Source: Bacteroidota bacterium
GTDB lineage: Bacteria; Bacteroidota; Ignavibacteria; Palsa-1295
DNA length: 64,000 nucleotides
Assembly: GCA_030706385.1 (NCBI GenBank)
Contig: JAUZOQ010000001.1
Span: 5,575 to 69,574, forward strand
Direction: 5' to 3'
The position numbers were made by a program, and so were the translations under genes. Shown here in pieces: positions 40,295 through 49,513 of the stretch (positions within the stretch are counted from its first letter, which is position 1; each line of letters starts with the position of its first letter). The notes beneath the pieces are model-generated. The model was not told where the DNA came from, searched no databases, and saw only the letters and a list, made by a program, of their open reading frames with translations.

Positions 40295-41368
40295 ATGAAA
40301 ACATCCTACCACACATCGTGGCTCTCGATTCTGTTTGCAATAGTACTTTCAGCCACAAGCTCTAATGCACAGTACGGAGCCGGAGGTGTCCACCTGCCAA
40401 TGGAGAGTCAAAAGGCTTCTGTAACTCAAACAATCGGTCTAACCGACATAACGGTTACCTACCACCGTCCAGCCGTCAGGGGGAGGAAGATCTGGGGTGA
40501 CCTCGTCCCGTATAACAATGGCATACCTATTCCCTGGCGCGGAGGAGCTAATGAAAATACTACGATCTCTTTCACCAACGATGTGACGGTCGAAGGGAAG
40601 CCTCTGCATTCGGGGACCTATGGGTTACATTTTATCCCGGGAGAAAAGGAATGGATCGTTATATTTTCTACAAATTCCACTTCGTGGGGAAGTTTTTCAT
40701 ACGATCAGAAGGAAGATGCTCTTCGCGTCACAGTAAAACCACAGCCTGTTGAATTCGAAGAATATTTGACATATGAATTCGTCAGTCCGCAACCAAATAA
40801 GGTTCTGGCACAGTTGCGGTGGGAAAAACTCGCAGTCGGATTCACTATCGAAGTGCCGACGCATGATGTCGTGCTAGCGAGCATTCGTAAAGAGCTTCGC
40901 AACACGCCCGGTTTCACATGGAAGAGTTATGACGACGCCGCATCGTACTGTGCAGATGAGAATTTCAATTTCGATGAGGCTATTCAATGGGCCAAACGAT
41001 CAATATCGATCGAGGAGAATTTCGACAATCTCGCCACACTCTCAACCCTTCAGCGCAAAACAGGTCACGAAGAGGAAGCTTCCAAAACAATGGAGAGGGC
41101 TATGCTCATCGCCAAACCGATGGAACTCCAAGGCTATGGCCGAAGCCTGCTCAGAGAAAAGAAAGTGGATGAAGCGATGAAGATCTTCGAATATAATTTA
41201 AAAAAGAATCCCGATACGTGGTTTGTATATGCAGGAATGGCCAGAGGTTATGAAGCGAAAGGCGATCTGAAGAAGGCAATTGAAAATATGAAGATCGCGC
41301 TTGAAAAGGCTCCTGACGCTTCGAAGCCAGGGATCAAGGCCGCGATCAAGCAATGGGAAGAGAAATAA
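40295..41368 (+). CDS. secreted DUF2911-like protein with C-terminal TPR repeats
   Basis: Signal peptide. The N-terminal ~170 aa resembles DUF2911 proteins common in Bacteroidota (VTYHRPAVRGRKIWGDLVPY...GTYGLHFIPGEKEWIVIFS). The C-terminal helical TPR-like repeats include a GMARGYEAKGDLKKAIE segment. Confidence 0.5.
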   Translation: MKTSYHTSWLSILFAIVLSATSSNAQYGAGGVHLPMESQKASVTQTIGLTDITVTYHRPAVRGRKIWGDLVPYNNGIPIPWRGGANENTTISFTNDVTVEGKPLHSGTYGLHFIPGEKEWIVIFSTNSTSWGSFSYDQKEDALRVTVKPQPVEFEEYLTYEFVSPQPNKVLAQLRWEKLAVGFTIEVPTHDVVLASIRKELRNTPGFTWKSYDDAASYCADENFNFDEAIQWAKRSISIEENFDNLATLSTLQRKTGHEEEASKTMERAMLIAKPMELQGYGRSLLREKKVDEAMKIFEYNLKKNPDTWFVYAGMARGYEAKGDLKKAIENMKIALEKAPDASKPGIKAAIKQWEEK

Positions 41369-41412
41369 GACTATGCTAGTCTCATGCTCGATGGCTGTCT
41401 CCGGTGACTCAG

Positions 41413-42225
41413 TTAGTGACTGATAATGCCCCTATCTGAACGCCGGATAAAATCAACAATGCGTTGGACCTCAGGAATGTTCAGCTCGGGTTCAGACTCA
41501 ATGCTGCTGATGCCATCGGCAACATTTAATCCATTGTAGTAAACAAACTTATACGCTTTTCTTATCGCATCGATCTTCTCGACTGAAAATCCGCGACGTT
41601 CTAAGCCGATTCTATTGATCCCACCAAATCTCGCCGGTTGATCTCCAATCAGAGAGTAAGGCGGAATATCCTTCGTGATCATCAGCCCGCCTCCCACCAT
41701 GGAGTATCCGCCAACAAGGGAGAACTGATGTAATCCTGTGAGACCGCCGATGATTGCATAAGATTCAACTGTTACATGCCCACCAAGTTGTGCAGCATTA
41801 GAGAGAATTACACTATCTCCAACAAGGCAATCGTGTGCAACATGGGCATATGCCATCACAAGGCAATTCTTGCCAACCCTCGTATGGCCGTCGTGCGTAC
41901 CAGCCGCATAACTGCCGGAATGAACAGTAGCACGATGAATTGTCGCAAATTCGCGGATTGTTGTTCCATCTCCGATCTCAGCAAACGTCTCCTCACTACC
42001 TTTGAACTTTAGGTCTTGCGGCGTATTTGCGATCACTGCCGAATGATGAATAGTACAATTCGCGCCGATCCTGGCTCCGTTAGCGATGAACGCATGGTGA
42101 TGAATCGCGGTATTATCGCCGATAGTGACATTGCCTTCAATAATAGCATAAGGTCCAACGGTAACATCTTTGCCGAAAGAAGCTTTTGGATCGATAATAG
42201 CCGTCGGATGGATCTGGATTGGCAT
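41413..42225 (-). CDS. lpxA: acyl-ACP--UDP-N-acetylglucosamine O-acyltransferase
   Basis: Hexapeptide-repeat beta-helix with the LpxA N-terminus (IHPTAIIDPKASFGKDVTVGPYAIIEGNVTIGDNT) and a C-terminal helical domain, 270 aa. Confidence 0.9.
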   Translation of the reverse strand: MPIQIHPTAIIDPKASFGKDVTVGPYAIIEGNVTIGDNTAIHHHAFIANGARIGANCTIHHSAVIANTPQDLKFKGSEETFAEIGDGTTIREFATIHRATVHSGSYAAGTHDGHTRVGKNCLVMAYAHVAHDCLVGDSVILSNAAQLGGHVTVESYAIIGGLTGLHQFSLVGGYSMVGGGLMITKDIPPYSLIGDQPARFGGINRIGLERRGFSVEKIDAIRKAYKFVYYNGLNVADGISSIESEPELNIPEVQRIVDFIRRSDRGIISH

Positions 42226-43634
42226 TATTGGGCTGCCTCCTTTTCGACTATTGCAGCCATCAGCTCGGCTTCGGCCACAAGCTGCCCGTCCACGAAGGCC
42301 TGGCCAGCCAGTTGGAAAGACTTGCCCCGATTGCGAAGAAGCTTTACCTCAAAAATCAATTGGTCTCCGGGGATCACAGGTTTTCGAAATTTCGCTTTGT
42401 CGATCGCCATAAAAAGTACGAGTTTCTTCTCAGGTTCTGTCATAGAACCGAGCATGAGCATTCCTCCGGTTTGAGCCATCGCTTCAAGAATGAGTACTCC
42501 CGGCATGACAGGTTTACCGGGGAAATGCCCTTGAAAGAATGGCTCATTGTACGTCACGTTCTTCAATCCGATGATGCGTTCGGCACCGGGTTCGAGGTGC
42601 ATCTCTAAGATCCGATCGACTAAGAGCATTGGATAGCGATGCGGCATTGCCTGTTCGATTGCATTTATGTCGAAGACTGCAGAACCGGGAGAATATTTCT
42701 TCATCTTCGATTTCTTTGCAAGCAAAGCCCTGAGTTTTCGGGCAAACTCTACATTTGATGCATGGCCTGGCCGGGCAGCGAGGATCTGCGCTTGGAGAGG
42801 TGCGCCAACCAGAGCGAGATCACCAAGAAGATCGAGTAATTTATGCCGAGCGGGTTCGTTCTTGAACCGAAGAGGTTTGTTGTTCAATGTCCCATGCTTG
42901 CCGAGTATGACCGACCCTTCGATATGAAGTTTCTTCGTGAAGCGATCGAGCTCTTCTTTCGTAGGATCTCCATCGACAATCACAATAGCATTATCGAGAC
43001 TTCCTCCCTTGATCAGGCCTTGCTCTCGGAGCATCTCAACTTCCCGCAAAAAACAAAATGTACGCGCAGGCGCAAAATCCTTGACGAATTCCTTCTCCAA
43101 AGAAAATAGGCCAGTGTGCTGGCTTCCCAAAGCAGGGTTATTATAATCGACCATCACCGTCATTCGGTAATCATCCTTCAACGGCAGCGCTACGATCTCA
43201 ACACCCTTCGCTTCGTTGGAATAAGAAATCGTGCTATCGATCACAAGGTAGGTTCGCTGAATCTGCTGCTCCTCGAAGCCCGATTCCAGAAGAGTATTAA
43301 CATACGGCTCGGAACTGCCATCGCCGATCGGAGGCTCGTTAGCCGTCAATTCGATCCGGACATTATCGATCTCGAGTCCGACAACGGCTGCCAGGACATG
43401 CTCGACTGTATGAACGCTGGCACCATCATTAGAGAGAGTCGTACCACGCGAAATATCACTGACAAAATCAACGACTGCTGGAATTTCCGGTGTGTTTTTT
43501 AGGTCTCGCCGGAGAAAACGTATCCCATAATTTTCGGGCGCAGGATGGAATTCGATCGAACTCGAATTACCGGTATGAAGCCCGACCCCTTCAAGCTTTG
43601 TGATCGATTTTACAGTTCGCTGGTTAATGCGCAT
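42225..43634 (-). CDS. lpxC: bifunctional UDP-3-O-acyl-GlcNAc deacetylase / 3-hydroxyacyl-ACP dehydratase (LpxC-FabZ fusion)
   Basis: N-terminal LpxC (KLEGVGLHTGNSSSIEFHPAPENYGIRF...) fused to a C-terminal FabZ hot-dog domain (HFPGKPVMPGVLILEAMAQTGG). The fusion is typical of Bacteroidota/Chlorobi-type genomes. Its start overlaps the lpxA stop. Confidence 0.9.
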   Translation of the reverse strand: MRINQRTVKSITKLEGVGLHTGNSSSIEFHPAPENYGIRFLRRDLKNTPEIPAVVDFVSDISRGTTLSNDGASVHTVEHVLAAVVGLEIDNVRIELTANEPPIGDGSSEPYVNTLLESGFEEQQIQRTYLVIDSTISYSNEAKGVEIVALPLKDDYRMTVMVDYNNPALGSQHTGLFSLEKEFVKDFAPARTFCFLREVEMLREQGLIKGGSLDNAIVIVDGDPTKEELDRFTKKLHIEGSVILGKHGTLNNKPLRFKNEPARHKLLDLLGDLALVGAPLQAQILAARPGHASNVEFARKLRALLAKKSKMKKYSPGSAVFDINAIEQAMPHRYPMLLVDRILEMHLEPGAERIIGLKNVTYNEPFFQGHFPGKPVMPGVLILEAMAQTGGMLMLGSMTEPEKKLVLFMAIDKAKFRKPVIPGDQLIFEVKLLRNRGKSFQLAGQAFVDGQLVAEAELMAAIVEKEAAQ

Positions 43635-43841
43635 AGTCGTTCTTACAAAAATACAGCTTCTTTAGTCGCGCCATGAAACACATTTTCGAGCATTTCCATT
43701 AGCGTCGAAGTAAAGAAATCTCCTCGCTCATTGAGATGCGGAAATTCCCATATATTTGATATTTTCTCGGTTTTCCGTAATTTTGCTTATCTTTGTTAGG
43801 CAGAATAGGTGCTTTTGCCTCGAATTAGACGATAAAGAGCC

Positions 43842-44597
43842 ATGCGTTTAGACTATAAGATTTCAGCCATCGTTCTCTTAGCTGTTCTAGCACTCGTTGC
43901 CGGCTGCCGGCCTTCGCAGCAGACGCGGCGGAATAATGCAGCGAATTCGCGCTCGAATCCCTCTTCCCAGACCTCTGCACGGTCAATGGATTCTCTTTAC
44001 ATGGTGCAGGATAAACTGTTGACGATCATTGATACTATGAGCAGCATCGTCGCTCAGGACAGATCGCGAATCCGAGAACTTGAAATTGAAGTATCGAAAC
44101 TGAGGAGTCAATTGGATCAACAGCGAGTGATGGGGAGTAATGTTCCGCCTCCTTCCCCGCAGAATTATACTGCTCCTGCTCCTGCACAAAGCAGCAGTCA
44201 ACCCGTTCAGCAGCCCACTACGTACCCGCAGAACGACAAGTATACTGATGCTCTAAAATCCTTCAATGACGGAAAGTATATGGATGCCCTGACGGCCTTC
44301 GACGGATTGTCCAGAAGCGATGCTTCCTCACCCTATGCGTCCAACTATCTTTACTGGAAAGGAGAATCTCTTTATGCCCTAGGCCAGTATGACGAAGCGA
44401 TTCGCACCTTCCATGATGTTCTGAATAAATACCCTGAGTCATCAAAAGCCGATGATGCAGAGTTTAAGATCGGTTCTTCATACGAAAAACTCGGAGATAA
44501 GACAAATGCTCGAAGTGCGTACAATCGATTGATATTGAGCTTTCCCGAAAGTGAGTATAAGGCACGGGCTGAAACCCGATTGAACAAACTCAAATAA
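43842..44597 (+). CDS. YbgF/CpoB-like TPR lipoprotein with Pro/Gln-rich linker
   Basis: Signal peptide plus lipobox (LVAGC), a coiled-coil segment, the low-complexity linker PPPSPQNYTAPAPAQSSSQPVQQP, and C-terminal TPR repeats (YLYWKGESLYALGQYDEAIRTF...) as in the Tol-Pal-associated CpoB. Confidence 0.55.
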   Translation: MRLDYKISAIVLLAVLALVAGCRPSQQTRRNNAANSRSNPSSQTSARSMDSLYMVQDKLLTIIDTMSSIVAQDRSRIRELEIEVSKLRSQLDQQRVMGSNVPPPSPQNYTAPAPAQSSSQPVQQPTTYPQNDKYTDALKSFNDGKYMDALTAFDGLSRSDASSPYASNYLYWKGESLYALGQYDEAIRTFHDVLNKYPESSKADDAEFKIGSSYEKLGDKTNARSAYNRLILSFPESEYKARAETRLNKLK

Positions 44598-44628
44598 TTG
44601 CCGCTAGCAACAAGATTTTTTCACTACA

Positions 44629-45468
44629 ATGAAATTGCAGAAAATGAAAACGAACTATGCGATAGCAATTCTCCTGCTTTCAAGCATTCTGCTTGTTTAC
44701 TCAGATTCCAATGCCCAAACGGGCGATGTCATCGATCCGAATACCGATCAATCTCTGCCGACACTTTTAAGCTTGAAACTTTCCGGCGGCTATGGTATTG
44801 GCCGGGCAAGGCAAGATCTTGGCAGCAATGGTACCAATCCGGTATGGTGGAGTGCAGGTCAGGGTGTGAAAATGGATCTTGCACTGGATATCCCGTTACT
44901 TCCGATCGAAGTGATCAATTCCGATGGCGATGAAAATGAACCGCAACGATTCTCGATTGTGGGATTAGAGATGGAATTAGGCACCGGGTACCATATTTCT
45001 ACCGGAGGAGTCTGGACTTCAGGATCTGAGACCACAACTCCAACCTATACCTATGTACCCGTGACATTGGGATTCAATGCACGTGCTACTTTTGGAGCAG
45101 GAATGCCTTCCGTGTATATCGGTGCTGGTGGCGGTGTACATCTAAAGGCAATTTATGAAGATAACACTTCCATCGCAAATTCAAGCACTGCTATCAAGAA
45201 AACATACGATCCACCTATACCATTTGAACTTTATGGATTGATGGGTTTGGAAATTCCTTTGATGTATTCAACCGACGATGGTAATAGCATGCTTGATCTC
45301 TTCGTTCAGGCAAGACTAACGGAGGTTACTAATTATATCTATAAGTATACCGTTACAACGACGACTCCCACGACAATTACCAATGGAGTAGTTATCGCAG
45401 GGAATGGATTCGGCCAGACGGCGTCGAATGCTGCTTTCTCGATCGGACTAAAATATAACCTCTATTAA
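44629..45468 (+). CDS. outer-membrane beta-barrel protein (porin-like), unknown function
   Basis: Signal peptide (alternative ATG at 44644), an alternating hydrophobic beta-strand pattern rich in G/T/Y, and an aromatic C-terminus (...GLKYNLY) typical of OMP barrels. Confidence 0.5.
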   Translation: MKLQKMKTNYAIAILLLSSILLVYSDSNAQTGDVIDPNTDQSLPTLLSLKLSGGYGIGRARQDLGSNGTNPVWWSAGQGVKMDLALDIPLLPIEVINSDGDENEPQRFSIVGLEMELGTGYHISTGGVWTSGSETTTPTYTYVPVTLGFNARATFGAGMPSVYIGAGGGVHLKAIYEDNTSIANSSTAIKKTYDPPIPFELYGLMGLEIPLMYSTDDGNSMLDLFVQARLTEVTNYIYKYTVTTTTPTTITNGVVIAGNGFGQTASNAAFSIGLKYNLY

Positions 45469-45484
45469 GAAAGGGAGTTCTCTT

Positions 45485-46135
45485 ATGAAAATGACAAAAA
45501 TATTTCTTGCTCTCCTTTTGCTCTCATCGCTGGTATTATTGGATTCCTGCAGATCGCGGGCAACGAAAAATCGAAACACTGCGAAGAATAGATCAACGCA
45601 GACCGCTCCCGGTACGGCCGGGCCCTCAGCTCAGCAGGTAATGTCAAGAGCGGACACGGTATTATCCAAAGTCTCTGCGATGTCGGCAGAGCAAATTGAT
45701 ATTCCAAAGGTCAGCGGTGAAGATTATCCGCGAACTCCGTGGGGTTCAAGCTATATACCGAAACCTGACCTGACGGCATATACGACGTTCGAAACAGGAC
45801 TTGCAAACTTTAATAGTGGAGAGTACGATAAGGCTCTCGGCGCATTCTCACAGATCGTCGTCAGTGGCAGGCCAGCGGAGCTTGTTCCAAATTCTTATTA
45901 TTGGATGGGCGAATGCTACTATGCGATGCAGCGGTATGCCGATGCTCTTCCCTATTTTGAATATACTACCAAAGAGGGACCTACCTTCAAGCGAGAGGGT
46001 GCATTCTACAAGCTTTCCCGCTGTAACTATAGCATGGGCAATACGCAGGCAGCAGGAATGTGGTACGAGCGGCTCATGACAGATTATCCCAAATCCAGCT
46101 ATGGACCGAAATTGCGAAAGTTAGGAATACGCTAA
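45485..46135 (+). CDS. YbgF/CpoB-like TPR lipoprotein (paralogue of 43842..44597)
   Basis: Lipobox LLDSC. The TPR region aligns with the upstream paralogue (YTTFETGLANFNSGEYDKALGAFSQIV versus YTDALKSFNDGKYMDALTAFDGL; YYWMGECYYAMQRY versus LYWKGESLYALGQY). Confidence 0.55.
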   Translation: MKMTKIFLALLLLSSLVLLDSCRSRATKNRNTAKNRSTQTAPGTAGPSAQQVMSRADTVLSKVSAMSAEQIDIPKVSGEDYPRTPWGSSYIPKPDLTAYTTFETGLANFNSGEYDKALGAFSQIVVSGRPAELVPNSYYWMGECYYAMQRYADALPYFEYTTKEGPTFKREGAFYKLSRCNYSMGNTQAAGMWYERLMTDYPKSSYGPKLRKLGIR

Positions 46136-46318
46136 GTTATTTTTCCGGGATTGGTTGCAAAAGAACCCATCCCGGAACAAGGATTAAATCCGAGGTGTGG
46201 TCGCTTATCCTCGCTCCCGCTGAGAGGAAGCTGGCAAAAAAACGCCGGAATGAAATACCCCGTCTCAAAGTTCTTTTAACCTCTGATTTTCTCTTTAACA
46301 GACCACATATCAAATCGT

Positions 46319-47521
46319 ATGAAATTAAGACATTCGCTTGCAGCCATCTTCACTTTCCTTCTCCTTGCGACATTTCTCACGGCCTGCAAGAAGGAAGGGG
46401 GCGCATCAGGCAATGAGATCCTCATCGGCGAATACGCTTCGATAAACGGGCAAAACGCAACATTCGGCAGATCGTCGCATAACGGAACCGTCCTCGCCAT
46501 TGATGAGATCAATACCGGCGGTGGAATTCTTGGCAAGCAGATCAAGCTCATGAGCGAAGATGATAATTCCAAACAGGAAGAAGCAACCTCTGCAGTTCAG
46601 AAGCTGATCAATCATGATAAGGTTGTAGCTCTACTTGGTGAAGTCGCATCCAGCCGCTCGCGTGCAGGAGGACAGATTGCGCAACAGGCGAAGATCCCCA
46701 TGATTTCTCCGGCTTCGACGAATGAAGAAGTCACGCGGATCGGCGATTATATCTTCCGCATCTGTTTTATCGATCCTTTCCAAGGAGAAGCATTGGCCAA
46801 TTTCTCCATGAAGACACTGCATGCAACGCGGGCTGCAATTTTGCTGGACACAAAACAGGATTATTCTATAGGACTTGCAAATTCTTTCCGCGAGACGATG
46901 CGAAAGAATGGTGGCGCAATTGTAAGTGAACAAGCGTATTCATCTGGAGATAAAGATTTTCGTGCAGCACTTACATCGATCAGAGCATCGAATCCTGATG
47001 TAATTTTTATTCCAGGATACTATAGTGAGGTATCGCTCATCGTTCGACAGGCTCGCGAACTCGGTATCACCTGCCCTCTTGTCGGTGGAGATGGATGGGA
47101 TTCCTCCGAGCTTACCAAAGGTGCTGAAAAGGAATTTAACGGCACATACTTCTCCAATCACTTTTCAACAGAAGATCCCGATCCTGCAGTACAGAATTTC
47201 ATTAAGAAATACAAGGCAAAATATAGTAACGATCCGGATGCTATGTCAGCGCTTGGTTATGATGCGGCTAACATTCTTGCCGATGCTATTAAACGTGCAG
47301 GAAGTACTGATGCAAAAAAACTTCGCGACGCTATTGCGGCGACAAAAGATTTCGCCGGTGTCACAGGATCAATCACGATCAATGCCGAAAGAAATGCTCT
47401 TAAACCGCTAACGATCCTTCAAATAGTCGACGGCAAATACCACTTCGCACAACGCATCAGTGCTAGCGGCGAACCAATGACGGAATTCAAACCTATGAGC
47501 GCACCAGCTCCGGCAAAATAA
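46319..47521 (+). CDS. ABC transporter substrate-binding protein, branched-chain amino acid (Leu/Ile/Val-binding, type I PBP) family
   Basis: Lipoprotein-type signal (LTAC). Family core ILIGEYASINGQNATFG...ALLGEVASSRS...IPMISPASTNEEVT...IPGYYSEVSLIVRQAR, 400 aa. Confidence 0.8.
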   Translation: MKLRHSLAAIFTFLLLATFLTACKKEGGASGNEILIGEYASINGQNATFGRSSHNGTVLAIDEINTGGGILGKQIKLMSEDDNSKQEEATSAVQKLINHDKVVALLGEVASSRSRAGGQIAQQAKIPMISPASTNEEVTRIGDYIFRICFIDPFQGEALANFSMKTLHATRAAILLDTKQDYSIGLANSFRETMRKNGGAIVSEQAYSSGDKDFRAALTSIRASNPDVIFIPGYYSEVSLIVRQARELGITCPLVGGDGWDSSELTKGAEKEFNGTYFSNHFSTEDPDPAVQNFIKKYKAKYSNDPDAMSALGYDAANILADAIKRAGSTDAKKLRDAIAATKDFAGVTGSITINAERNALKPLTILQIVDGKYHFAQRISASGEPMTEFKPMSAPAPAK

Positions 47522-47530
47522 TAGCCATCG

Positions 47531-48706
47531 ATGGATGCTTTTTATAGCTCCCGATGCATATGTGTTGCTCTGGTGGTCCTGACTTTGATTCGATCGGGAT
47601 TTGCCCAGCAAGATGATATTCTTATTGGTGAGTTCGCATCGCTGACAGGCTCTACTGCTGTATTTGGTCAGTCTGCGCATGACGGAATTCAGCTTGCCAT
47701 CGAGGAAGCCAATGCCAGAGGCGGCGTACTTCATAAGCAAATCAAACTTATCACTGAAGATGACCAGTCGAAGTCCGAGGATGCAGTTAGCGTCGTTAAT
47801 AAGCTAATTTCTCATGATCATGTAGTTGCGTTGCTTGGCGAAGTTGCCTCAAGTCGGACTTTCGCTGGGGGCGCCGTAGCACAGATTTCAAAAATTCCGA
47901 TGATCTCCCCTGCCTCTACAAATGCAGGAGTTCTGGAAATTGGAGATTTTGTTTTCCGGGCTTGTTTCAATGATGCGTTTCAAGGAACTGCAATGGCGGC
48001 ATTTGCTGCCAAGAGTCTGCACGCAAAGAAAGCAGTCGTCCTGACTGATGTCAGACAAGACTATTGCATGACTCTAGCGAATTCATTCAGTGCTGCATTT
48101 AGCGAAGATGGCTGTGAAATTGTTAGTCAACAAGCATATTCTTCCGGTGATCGCGATTTCAGTCAGATAATTAAATCCATTGAGCACTCCCACCCCGACG
48201 TGATCTATATTCCCGGATATTATGACGACGTTTCGCTTTTTGTTCGTCAGGTACGGGACCATGGTCTTATGACCCCAATTCTGGGCGGAGATGGGTGGGA
48301 TTCGCCTGAGCTTACACGAGGATTGGAAAAAGCATTCAACAATACTTATTTTTCAAACCACTTTGCACCTGATGACCCGAATGAACGAGTACAGACATTT
48401 GTAACTAACTACAAAAAAAGATTCGGACAGGAACCTACTTCCATTGCGGCTTTGGGCTATGATGCCGCAGGTATCCTCATCGATGCCATTAGTCGTGCAA
48501 AAGGCACGGATTCAATATCGGTTCGGAATTCCATTTCTTCTACCAAGGATTTCTCGGGAGTAACCGGGACTATCACGATCGATCAGAATCGTAATTCAAA
48601 AAAGCCGCTGACTATTCTCCGGATAGTCGATGGGAAAAATGTATTCGCACAGAATATTAGCGCCGCTGCTCGGCCAGTTGGCAAATACAAACTTCCAGAG
48701 CGATAA
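47531..48706 (+). CDS. ABC transporter substrate-binding protein, Leu/Ile/Val-binding family (tandem paralogue)
   Basis: Roughly half identical to the preceding gene over its whole length, by eye (ILIGEFASLTGSTAVFG...ALLGEVASSRT...IPMISPASTNAGV...). Confidence 0.8.
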   Translation: MDAFYSSRCICVALVVLTLIRSGFAQQDDILIGEFASLTGSTAVFGQSAHDGIQLAIEEANARGGVLHKQIKLITEDDQSKSEDAVSVVNKLISHDHVVALLGEVASSRTFAGGAVAQISKIPMISPASTNAGVLEIGDFVFRACFNDAFQGTAMAAFAAKSLHAKKAVVLTDVRQDYCMTLANSFSAAFSEDGCEIVSQQAYSSGDRDFSQIIKSIEHSHPDVIYIPGYYDDVSLFVRQVRDHGLMTPILGGDGWDSPELTRGLEKAFNNTYFSNHFAPDDPNERVQTFVTNYKKRFGQEPTSIAALGYDAAGILIDAISRAKGTDSISVRNSISSTKDFSGVTGTITIDQNRNSKKPLTILRIVDGKNVFAQNISAAARPVGKYKLPER

Positions 48707-48833
48707 GCTCGTCAGCCCCGTCGATACAGGTCTCCATAATATTCTTCCAAGTGTTCGCTTGATCCTTATCAATTGAAATATAAGGACTTATAGGTTCTTG
48801 TCCCACTACCCTATAAGAAAAAAACAAAAATAG

Positions 48834-49009
48834 TTTGGATTCACGCAAAAATGTCGTATATTTGTACCCATAAAGTGGGGTATGGTGGGGACATCTACTG
48901 TTTTTAGGTAAGTAGTGGCTTAGAGTGAGGGGGCAAAGATACTCTGAGCACGGCTTGTGGGGTGTTCCCATCCCCGCTTTTTTTGAAGCTGGAGGCGAAA
49001 AGCTAAAAT
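48834..49009 (+). promoter_or_regulatory. mraZ/dcw upstream control region: candidate promoters and MraZ-box-like GTGGGG direct repeats
   Basis: A Bacteroidota-style promoter candidate: TTTG (48834-48837), 19 nt, TAtaTTTG (48857-48864). GTGGGG direct repeats at 48875-48880 and 48885-48890 (exact 10-bp periodicity), and a third at 48957-48962. A sigma70-like TTGAAG-15 nt-TAAAAT at 48983-49009. A weak GGGG...CCCC hairpin followed by T7 at ~48957-48982. Confidence 0.4.
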
Positions 49010-49054
49010 GATGTGTGTTTTCGCTTTTTAGCTCTGACCTAAAAGCTTGAATCA

Positions 49055-49513
49055 ATGTCATCTTTCAAAGGAAGCGATACATATTCGGTTGATGCAAAAG
49101 GACGTGTCAGCATACCGTCCAAAATGCGCCGGAATATTAGCGCCGATGCGCGCTCAACGTTCGTTCTGACGCGTGGTCTCGAAAAATGCCTTTATGCTTA
49201 CCCACTCGATGAGTGGAAGAAACTAGAGACAAGCATTCAATCACTTCAGCAATCGAGCGATCAAGACCGGTTCTATATGAGGATGCTGATGCAGTGGAGT
49301 GAAGAGCTAGTGCTTGATAGCCAATACCGACTCCTAATACCTCATAGTTTGCTCGAATTTGCCGAAATTAAGAAGGAAGTGTATTTCATAGGAGTACTTG
49401 ATCACATCGAACTATGGAATCCGGCGAACTTCAAACGGTATATCGAGTCCATGAAGCAGAGCTACGAAAACGTAGCGGAGCAGGTGCTGGGAATGAAGGG
49501 TGACGAAGCCTAG
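49055..49513 (+). CDS. mraZ: transcriptional regulator MraZ
   Basis: Two tandem MraZ/SpoVT-AbrB-like halves (SVDAKGRVSIPSKMR...; ...DSQYRLLIPHSLLEFA), 152 aa, first gene of the dcw cluster. Confidence 0.9.
   Translation: MSSFKGSDTYSVDAKGRVSIPSKMRRNISADARSTFVLTRGLEKCLYAYPLDEWKKLETSIQSLQQSSDQDRFYMRMLMQWSEELVLDSQYRLLIPHSLLEFAEIKKEVYFIGVLDHIELWNPANFKRYIESMKQSYENVAEQVLGMKGDEA

Noticed and set aside
48657-49061. 134-aa minus-strand ORF covering the mraZ upstream region
   Set aside because: The region carries promoter-like elements and GTGGGG direct repeats, and the ORF reads through poly-A/T tracts, so it is more plausibly a regulatory leader than a gene. I also checked the region for tmRNA, 6S, SRP-RNA and tRNA signatures and found none.
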